Origin: the human T2T-CHM13v2.0 reference genome, Homo sapiens
Length of the DNA: 64,000 bases
Strand: one strand, 5' to 3'
NCBI RefSeq assembly: GCF_009914755.1
Contig: NC_060947.1
The notes beneath the pieces are model-generated. The model saw only the letters and a program-made list of their open reading frames with translations. It did no database searches and was not told the origin of the DNA. Within the stretch, counting starts at the first letter, position 1. Each line of letters starts with the position of its first letter. Made by a program: the position numbers and the translations under genes. Positions 54,201 to 64,000 of the stretch are shown piece after piece.

Positions 54201-55498
54201 TGTAGACTCTTAAGAGTCCCAAAGTACATATCTAGAGACGGATATTCTCAATATTGCAAATACTACTACAATCGCTATAGTTTCCCATGTACAAGTTCTA
54301 TTTTGCTGGCTAAGAACCATCACTTTCTTGCATCTTCCCACTTTCTTTTCATTGCCATCACAAGCACTAGCAGTTGCATCTTTTGGGGTAATTTTTTTTC
54401 CACAAAAAACCCGATAAGTTTTATGACTTCTGAGGGAGGTCCTAAGCACAGGAGGAAAAGGGAACTATGAAGACACACTGATGGTAGGTATGTACTTCTC
54501 TGAGTAGACAAGTAACAAAAATGGGCATCTCACAGGTATAAATGCTGAGACTAATCTTATTTTTCATAAATCTATAATATAATGTTTGCTAACTATATGC
54601 TGACTGAAACTAGATGGAAAAATGAGTCTACAATACATCTACCAAGTCGGGAGTTAACACCATAGTCTTTAAAGGAGTGAAATGTTAAGTCAAAAGTGGT
54701 AAAACAGAGGAAAAGACATTCTCTGTGAGATTTCTAACTTTCTGTAATGCAAAAAGATGAATTCAATCAGGGACTCTGTGGGACCACTTTTAACATTTCC
54801 TTGACTCAAATGAACTGGAAGATGTGTCATACTGATAAAAGAATATGGGTTTTTAAAGGTGAGTGGGCAGAAAAATCATGAGTAAGATTTAGAGTAGGAT
54901 ACAGCATGCATTTGAGGAAAATAATCTAAATTATACTCATAGGCCAATGGGTTTCTAGTTTATCAGTCTATCTAGCTTACATCTATAGAGAGGAGCTGTG
55001 AGTCTGTCTAAATTAGCCTCTCTGGGGACCCAAGTACTATATATTACAGCCACTTATGTTATTTTCTTTATAGCATTTGCCATGCATGCTGTATGCTTTT
55101 TGTTTATTATCTATGTCCACCTCTTTCACCTTTAAAACAAGATGCAAACTCCATAAGAGTAGGGACCATGTTTTTGGTTATCTTTGTTTGCTGTACTATA
55201 TTATTTATACATATTAAATATTTAGTGAGTTTCTGATTGTCCTAAAGATATCAACTTAGTAGTATCAACACAGTAGCATGCTACTGTGGTCAAAAGGTCA
55301 AAAAATAATGAGCATAATCGTGATGTACATTAACATAAAAAATACAATATTCTACTTTGTATACATAATTAGGGATTTGCCCGCATATCTAGAAGATGTG
55401 TTTGAACTGGAGAAGATCTAAACGTAAGTAGCAAGTAACAAGTAACGAGGATAATTAAGGAGAAAGATCTTCAAGAGTAGACTATAAAGAATAGGATT

Positions 55499-55803
<305 letters not shown>

Positions 55804-55919
55804 TAGGATTATTTTATCTGAGAAGATGGAAACTGAGGGCTAGACATTATAAAAGAGAAAGGAGAAGGTGAGTTTAGAGTTGTTCATCAAATCTGCATGC
55901 AATAACTAGGAGTTACCTT

Positions 55920-57100
55920 TCATGTTCCTGCATTCAATAAACATGCATTGTATAACAGGTATTGTGCTAAATGCTAGAGATACAAAGATGAACAAGATAG
56001 AATAGACTAGTTTATAGAATAGTAGGAAATAGCCTTATGTGCAGATATGAAGAATGCTTTCTAGATAAGATGAAACCTACACTGAATATTAAATTATTAT
56101 TAGAAGTTAACCAGGTAAAGAGTGTTTGAAACCAGGCAGAGAAGACAGCAGAAACAAAGCCAATTGCATGAGAAACAAGAAGACATGTGTGAGGGATTAT
56201 AAGCAATTCAGCATTGTTTGAATGTAGCATTTGATAAGGGAGTGGATAAAAATTAGATCAGTAAGGCCAACAGGGAAAATTGTGAGGTGCTTAAATAAGA
56301 CATTAAGGGTGTTGTACAAGTCTAGGCAAATGCTGATAGTTTCTTTGGGTAGTGATAGTACAGATGTTAAAGTAATGAAAAAAAAAAGGAATATAAAGGA
56401 GGACATTGCCACTAATTGGATATAGGGACAGGGAAAGAGAGAGAGGAGTCTATATGACTTTAAAATGTCTAGTTTTGGTAATTGAGTGGATGATGGCAAC
56501 AGACAATGCATAATTACAGGAACAGGATAGGATGTGATATGGGATGTAAAGATGAATTCAGTTTGTGCCATTAAGGTTCCTGTGAGCCATTTGAGGAATT
56601 CAGCATATAGTTTGGTACAAGTCTTAAGCCTGAAAGAGAGACATAGGTTAGAGATACAGGTGTAGGAGTTATCAGCATATGGGTAACATTTGAGAACTTG
56701 AGCATAAATTTGATCACTTGGGAAAAGGTGTAAAGTGAGAAGATCAGAGGAACAACACTGACTCTGGGGAACATCAATATTTATTGAGCAAATACGAGAA
56801 CAGGAGCTCATAAAATAAACAGAAAAAGAATGGTTGGAGATATGCTATATTAACTAGAGGTGTTTGATTTCCTGGAGTTCAAAAGTGAAGAAGTTTAAAA
56901 AAGAGGGAGTGATTATCAGTACCATATTCAATCGGAAGATCCAGATTGAAAATAATTTCCCTTGGATCTTACAATTAGGAAGCAGTTTGCAACATTAGTG
57001 AGATCAAACATGGTAGAGCAATGTGTATAGGATCCAGAATCCAGAAAATTGAGGATTGAGTGGGATACTAAGATAATAATATTTAGGATAAATAGAAGGG
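55920..57100 (-). mobile_element. Long L2 LINE fragment including RT-domain remnant
   Basis: Minus ORF 56197-56811 contains DVPQ...LTL...YPYADNSYTCIS, a degenerate L2 RT GVPQGS/YADD region; CATTCAATAAACATGCATTG 3' end near 55930. Confidence 0.8.
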
Positions 57101-57802
57101 TGTTCTCTCCCTTTCTTTTACAAACAGCAGACAGAGGAGCACAACAATTTCTAACTTCTAAAACATGATGCAAATTGAAAAAACTCATTTTTTAGATAAT
57201 TTTGTGAGTTGCAGATCTATAATATTTGTTAATTTAAAAAGGTTATTTGTGGGAACATTATTAACTTGTGAAATGGATCGATGGGAAAGGAATTTTTTAT
57301 GTTTTTATCATAACATATACTCATAGGACCATTTGTAATGTAGTCTGTGTTGATACCAAATGGATTAATATCACTCATAATTTGCCCTACTGACATACAA
57401 CTACAGGGGCAGGGATGGGAACATATGACTGTATATGCGTCTTAATTTTTTTGCCAAGTTAAAACACAATCTGGGAAGGGTAATCCAATATCTCTAGCTC
57501 TCTGACAACGAATAATGAGAGAAAAACAACAGAACAACAGAAGGGGTGGAATAAAAAAAAAGCTCTTCTTGGAAATACAACACAGCAAGATTGCCACTAC
57601 AAATATTACCAATGATAACTGAAATAGGTGGCTCAAAAGCAATCGTATTATATTACAGTGATTTAAAATTAAGTGTAATGCTCATTACATATACAAGGTC
57701 AGTTCTTGTGGCAGAAGATAATGAAGGTGTATTGCTTTAGTAGAACGTTAGCAGTACTACAGCATGTAACCAAACTTTTATTTTTTTGTACAATTGCTAC
57801 CA

Positions 57803-60194
57803 CAGGCATACCTTGTTTTATTGTACTTTGCTTTATTGTACTTCACAGATACTGTGGGTTTTTCTTTTTTTTCACGAATTCAGGATTTGCGGCAACTCTG
57901 CATTGAGCAAGTCTATCGGCATTAGTTTTCAAATATCACGCGTTCACTTCATGTCTCTGTTTCACATCTTGGTCATTTTCACAATAGTTCAAAATTTTTC
58001 ATTATTATTATATCTGTTATGGTGATCAGTGATCTTTGATGTTACTATTTTGATTAAGACACCACAAACTGCACCCACATAAGAAGGCAAACATAATTGA
58101 TAAAGGATGTGTGGATTCTGACTGCTCCGCCTACTGGCCATTGCTCCTTCTCTTTCCCTCTCCTGAGGTCTCTCTATTCCGTAATAGAGAGGCCAATTAA
58201 TAAATGACAATGGTCTCTAGGTGTTTTAGTGAAAGGAATATTTGCACATCTCTCACTTTAAATCAAAAGCTAGAAATGATTAAGCTTAGTGAGGAAAGTA
58301 TGTTGAAAACTGAGATAGGCTGAAAGCTGGCCTTTTGCACCAAACAGATAGTCAAGTTGAGAATAGAAATGAAAAGTTCTTGAAGGAAATTAAAAGTGTT
58401 ACTCCAGTGAGCACATGAATGATAAGAAAGCAAAACAGCCTCATTATTGATCTGGAGAAAGTTTTAGTGGCCTGGATAGAAGATCAAACCAGCCATTTGG
58501 TTGGCTGGGACATTCCCCCCAGCCACAGCCTAATCCAGAGCAAGGCCCTAACTTTATTCAATTCCATGAAGGCTGAGAAACGTGAAGAAGCTGCAGATGA
58601 AGTGTTTGAAGCTAGCAGAGGTTGGTTCATGAGTTTTATGGAAAGAAGTCATCTCCATAACATAAAAGTGCAAGGTGAAGCAGCAGGTGCTGATGTAGAA
58701 GCTGTAGCAAGTTAGCCAGAAGATATAGGTAAGATCATTGATGAAACTGGCTACACTAAACAGATTTTCAATGTAGACAAAATCTTATACTGGAAAAAGA
58801 TGCCATCTAGGACTTCCATAGCTAGAAAGGAACAGTTATTGCCTGGCTTCAAAGTTTCAAAGGACAGGCCGACTTTCTTGTTAGGGGCTCATGCAGCTGG
58901 TGACTTCGAATTGAAGCCAATGCTCATTTACCATTCTGAAAATCCTAGGTCCCTTAAGAATTTTGCTAAATCTACTCTGCCTATGCTCTATAAATGGAAC
59001 AACAAAGCTTGAATGGAAGCACATCTGTTTGCAGCATGTTTTACCAAATATTTTAAGTCCACTGTTGAGACCTACTTCTCAGAAAAAAAGATTCCTTTCA
59101 AAATATTACTGCTCCTTGACAATGCACCAGATTACCCAAGGACCATGATGGAAATGTACAGGGAAGTGAATGTTGTTTTCATGCCCACGGACACAACATC
59201 CATTCTGCAGTCCATGGACCAAGGAGTAATTTTTACTTTTACATCTTATTTAAGAAATACATATTGTAAGGCTATAGCTGCCATAGATAGTGATTCCTCT
59301 GATGGATCAGATCTAAGTCAATTGAAAACCTTCTGGAAAGTATTCACAATTCTAGAATTACATTGGTTATTTATGGGAGGAGGTAAAAATACCAACATTA
59401 TCAGGAGTTTGGAAGAAGTTGATTCCAACACTTATGAATGAATTTATGGTGTTCAAGACCTCAGTGGAGGAAGTAACTGTAGATGTGGTGGAAATAGAAG
59501 AGAATTAGAATTAGAGGTGGACCCTAAAGATGTGACTGAATTGTTGCAATTTCATGATAAAACTTTAATGGATGAAAAATTGTTTCTTATGCATGAGCAA
59601 AGAAAGTGGTTTCTTGACAGGGAAACTACTCCTTGTGAAGAAGCTGTGAACATTGTTGAAATGACAACAAAGGATTTAGAATATTATACAAACTTAGTTG
59701 ATAAAGCAGCAGCAAGATTAGAAGGATTGACTCCAATTTTGAAAGAAGTTCTACTGTGGGTAAAATGCTATCAAAAATCACTGCATGCTACAGAGAAATC
59801 TTTCATGAAAGGAAAGGTCAATTCATGTGGCAAACTTTATTATTGTCTTATTTTAAGAAATTTCCCTAGGCACCCCACCCTTCAGCAACCACCACCCTGA
59901 TCAGTTAGCCATCACCAATGCTGAGGCAATACCATCCACTGGCAAAAAGGGTATTACTCACTGAAGGCTCAGATGATTGTCAGCATTTTTTTTTTTTAGC
60001 AATAAGCATTTTTTATTAGGGTCTACACATTGCTTTATACAATGCTATTGCACACTTAATAGACTACAGCATATTATAAACATAACTTTTATATGGACAG
60101 GGCAACAAAAAATTTGTGTAATTTGCTTTATTGTGATATTCACTTTATTTTGGTGGTCTGGAACCAGACCCACAGTATCTCTGAGGTATACCTC
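57803..60194 (+). mobile_element. Full-length Tigger1 (TcMar-Tigger) DNA transposon, ~2.39 kb
   Basis: TIRs CAGGCATACCT... and ...GAGGTATACCTC followed by TA; internal transposase fragments. Confidence 0.95.
58207..59600 (+). pseudogene. Tigger1 transposase (pogo-like DDE/CENP-B family), disrupted by stops and frameshifts
   Basis: ORF fragments [41 protein letters not shown]...[22 protein letters not shown]...[20 protein letters not shown]. Confidence 0.9.
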
Positions 60195-61059
60195 TATCTG
60201 TAATTTCAACTATTTTGAAGGGCCTTCAAACAAATGAGAACTGTTACAAATAACATCATATATGTGATCCTCTCTGAAATTATAATGATTACCTTGATCA
60301 GTCTAGGTCAAGGAAGTAAACCTGTGACTTTGTGAATCATGACATAGAGTTGTCTCCTAGGGTAGATGTACCTTAGTGTGGGCACCCCATTCCAGGTTAT
60401 GCTCCTCAGTTTCATAAGTAAGATGCTCAATTTGGTCAGATACTTAAATGATACCAGTCTCTCAGAGAGTAGCTTGTAGCAGTTTAATACAAAAGGGATC
60501 AATGTATAAATCTGAGTGTTATCTCGTTTTTCTTTTTCAATAAACATAACTGTCAAAAAGACTGCAGCAAGTAGGATAATGATCACTGAGTTTCCTCCAT
60601 AATTATAAGTTATACTGGAACATATAATTATCAGGGCGCATAGGTCAACATGGAATGAGAAAAACTGGGATTTTGCTTGAGTGATTTTCATAGATATTTG
60701 TCATGGAACTTTTGTGGCTTAATGCGTCTATCACTACAGGTATAGATCTGGCTAGAGGACTGGAATGTTCTTATTCATTGGCTAGAACATCTTTTATGTT
60801 GGAAAGGTTCGTAATATCAGTTTCAATTTGTACTCTCTGATTCCTGTTTTCTATGTTTCAAATTGATCACTCCTCTTCTTTTGACCCATTTTTTAGATAC
60901 ATTTGGGCTACCTAATAGGTTATAGGCAAGTTTTGTTCTTCTTGGCTTTGGATTAAAAGACATTTTTGTTCAGTATAAGTTTTGCACATGTATTATCATG
61001 TCTACAATATGTTGATTCTGTTAGTTTGAGTCTCAGAGTTATGAGGAAATGTGCCATTC

Positions 61060-61320
61060 TGGCTGTAGAGTTTAATTTTAAGACCATGGATTTTAATAAG
61101 ATATTAATTCTGGCTTCCTAGAATTAAAACGCTAGCTGTGGGTCCTTGTAAATGTTATTTCACTCTCTTAAGCCCCAATTTACTTATTCCAAAAATGGAA
61201 GTAATACTGTTACTTAACTCACACGGTTGTGGTGATGATTGCATAAGATAATACACACAAAGTATCCACAGGGCCTAGCACATTGTAAGTGCTAAGAAGG
61301 TATTCATTATTTATTACTGT
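61060..61320 (+). mobile_element. MIR SINE
   Basis: GCTAGCTGTGGGTCCTTG...AAAATGGAAGTAATA...GGGCCTAGCACATTGTAAGTGCT. Confidence 0.7.
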
Positions 61321-62439
61321 ATAAAAAGGTCAGAAGAAAAACTTTTTATTAGCACCATTATTATTGTTTATAAGATGAATACACAAAAGACTATAGAAAA
61401 GAATCGGTGAGCAACTTTAGCGTTAGTTTATAGGAAATCATTTCTACCTTCACTTAATACGCAACAATGATTAGTGCCAATTTGAAAATTAGAGCTGGCA
61501 ATATTGATAACTGCTTCTCTTACACCTGAGTGCCTTTTTATATGTCTAGAAAAACAGTTCTGCTCCTTCTATTTATTCAACACTTGGCAAGTTGAACCGT
61601 CCAAGTATGAAAATATTATTTTCAGGGAAAGCTGTTATCTGTTTATCCATATAGAGTGATAAATACATTAAGTTTTTAAACATATTTCTGAGTCACATTA
61701 AATTTTTCCATTGCTAAACTAAGAAGATATTATTATTATTATTATATACAAAATCATTTACCCTCATAAATTATATCCTCCTAATATGTGTTTTCATATT
61801 TCTGTATATTCCAAATACAGAAATTATGTTTCATTTCTAATCAGAGGCAGATGATGCCTTCAGTACCCAGAAGCCAACATAGATCCTGGAAATATCACAA
61901 ATGCCAGCACACACATGGTGTCTCCTTGCTGGTGTCAGATGTGTAGCTCTAGCAAAGAGCATCCATGGAAATAGCTGAAAAATAGAAGGCAGGTAGGTGG
62001 GGGACCAGATACCAGCTTCTAAAATCATAATGGAATGAAACCGCAAGAGGCAGTTGTCCAATGAATTGAGAAATATAATTCAACTGGATATGGCAGAACA
62101 GGGTGACCTGGTACAAATCTTGGCCAACCAGCCAATTGGTAAATAATAGAGAAACATCTTTTATCAATTTCAGGTTCATTTTTCTCCTCACTGTCCTCAT
62201 CTAAATTCTACCCATTGTTCAAATTCCAGTTTAAGTCTCATTTTATTTAATAGTAATATGGGTGATGACAAAAATAGTATTTACATATATGTTCTTATTT
62301 CATCTTTGCAACAGCTCTTTAAGGAAGTGGATCCTCAGAAATGTTAAGAAACCTGACAAGCTATTTGTCCAAAATAGTATTGATGAGTTTAGGACTTGTG
62401 GAGAATACGGCTCTTATGCAAGATCCATGTGAAAGTTTG

Positions 62440-62990
62440 TAGGAGGTTTTTGGCTAGGTGAGTCTCAAGTTTGAGGGTCAAAGCATGACTAGACATAAAG
62501 TTTTGGAAATCTTTAGCAATTAATGATGATAGCTTATAACAAGAGAATAGATGAGATCACACAGAGAGAGTCTCTGGAATAAGGCAGGGTGTCTGAGGTC
62601 TGAGGGATCTTAGGACAAAACTCAGGAAGACACCGGTATTTAAAAGGTGAATGAAAGCACAGCAAGCAGCATAAAGAAACTAGGAAGGAGCAGCTAGAGG
62701 GGAAGAAAATCAGTAGAGTTTGGTGTCACAGAAGAAAAGAGAGGACTGAATTTCAAAAAGGGATTGGTTGAAAGAGTCAAAGTCTACAGAAAGGTCAAGT
62801 TAAAAGAAACTTGTACTATTGGGTGGGGAAAGAAACTTGAACATGCTCTTACTGTGATGGGAAGGAGCCAGTGAAGAGGAAGAGGCTGAAACAGATAAGA
62901 GAATGGAGCGCTATGAATGGATCAAACTCCCCGAGGAGATGGGAGAGGCTGGTATCCAAACCACAGGTGAAGAATTTAGTTTTAAAGTTG
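62440..62990 (-). mobile_element. L2 fragment
   Basis: Purine-rich degenerate L2 (GATGAGATCACACAGAGAGAG...GGTGTCACAGAAG...AGAAAGGTCAAGT). Confidence 0.6.
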
Positions 62991-63278
62991 AAAAAGAGAA
63001 AAATCCTTCCTGTGAGAGTGAGTGAGGCAGGAACTATGAAGGAGGCTTGAAGACAGTATGGCTACTGAGAAGTATAAGAGAAGGAACTGAGCAAACAGGC
63101 AAACAGCAGCCTTCCTTCCCCCACACCGTAATAGAAAATTTATTCATATGGCTTTTGGTATCCTCTTGAAAGCCCTCAGAAACATCTGAGATCCAACATC
63201 ATTACTAGTATTCACTTTTCTCACACATGTTCACACACATTTTCTCATCATTCATCAGAGCATTCTATCTCAGGATGC

Positions 63279-63682
63279 TGAGGAAACAAAAATATGTTAC
63301 AGCAGTCTGAACTAAGTGAGGTATATAGTCCCAGAGGGACATGAGTATGGGACTTTAATCATATCCTCTGTGTCCGTATCTGTGGGCAATTATTTAAAGT
63401 CATTTTGTTTTTGACAAGTTGTCTTACCCAATATCTTTATGTTTTTAAAATTTGTAATACAAATAATAATGTATAGCCAATTAATAGTTTATGCTATTTT
63501 AATGTAAATTTTTAATAAATAACTAAGGAACGCTCTCTTAAAAAAATACTTGTAACTGTCAATTGGGGTATATATTTAGGACAACTTAAATTTATACTCT
63601 GACATTACAATCCTCAAACTTGGCCCAAATAAACTCACTACTTATATTAACTTTGCTTCAGTTTCTTCCTTTTAGGTTGACC
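63279..63682 (+). mobile_element. ERV1 solo LTR (MER92/MER93-like)
   Basis: AATGTATAGCCAATTAATAG, CTTGGCCCAAATAAACTC polyA signal, end ...TTTTAGGTTGAC. Confidence 0.65.
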
Positions 63683-64000
63683 AGGCTAAGTTCTGAAATG
63701 TCTTCTCCTGTTCACCGAATTAGGTCATGCATCCTAGTAGCGGCCTCCTGTTTTTGATAGCTCCCTGTCTTTCCAGAACATCTTGGTCTGACTTCCCTTC
63801 CTGCCTTATCTACTCAGCCATGGTAGTGGTGCTTTTTCTAGTGTCCCTGGTTAGCCTTCACCTGTGGTTTGAATCTTGTAATCCCTCTAACAGCTGCCAG
63901 CCTCTCACTTCACTCATGTACAGGGCATACAACTGAGCCTGGTTCCCACTGTTGGCCCAACAAGGGCATCTGCTCCACCAGCTTGTACCCTATTCACTTC

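Noticed and set aside
56197-56811. 204-aa ORF as a reverse-transcriptase gene
   Set aside because: It is a degenerate L2 RT remnant (YADN instead of YADD, frameshifted motifs), not a functional gene.
60308-60691. 127-aa hydrophobic minus-strand ORF
   Set aside because: No recognisable domain; hydrophobic bias is expected from AT-rich codons. A BLAST or PhyloCSF hit would be needed to revive it.

Overview
This is primate (human-like; the exact species and locus cannot be fixed from sequence alone) AT-rich, repeat-dense non-coding DNA. I find no credible intact protein-coding gene, RNA gene or CRISPR array. The ORF track is explained by transposon remnants (L1 ORF2, L2 RT, CR1, a hAT transposase C-terminus, Tigger1 transposase, MaLR internal sequence) and by low-complexity sequence. 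Recognisable elements include a CpG-rich LTR12C/ERV9 LTR (1-1289), several ERV1 solo LTRs, three two-LTR MaLR proviruses, eight Alus, a full-length Tigger1, a MER45R-type hAT element, and many MIR/L2/MER5 fossils, often nested. The outstanding feature is a ~10.2 kb, almost pure A/T compound minisatellite (~16573-26780). It sits inside ORF2 of an old minus-strand L1 whose sequence resumes essentially in register after it. The array has sub-domains with 34-, 28-, 24- and 31-bp periods, a stepwise-evolving 31-mer block and locally inverted segments. Secondary curiosities are a cluster of near-perfect palindromes at 1955-2058, a scrambled L1/MaLR junction at 12878-14700, a THE1 inverted repeat around a (TA)n spacer, paired CTAATTAGCA homeodomain/POU motifs, and a template-switch-like insertion in Tigger1. 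Repeat subfamily names come from my recall of consensus sequences and need RepeatMasker/Dfam confirmation. Most boundaries are approximate. I see no evidence for a new multi-gene system.
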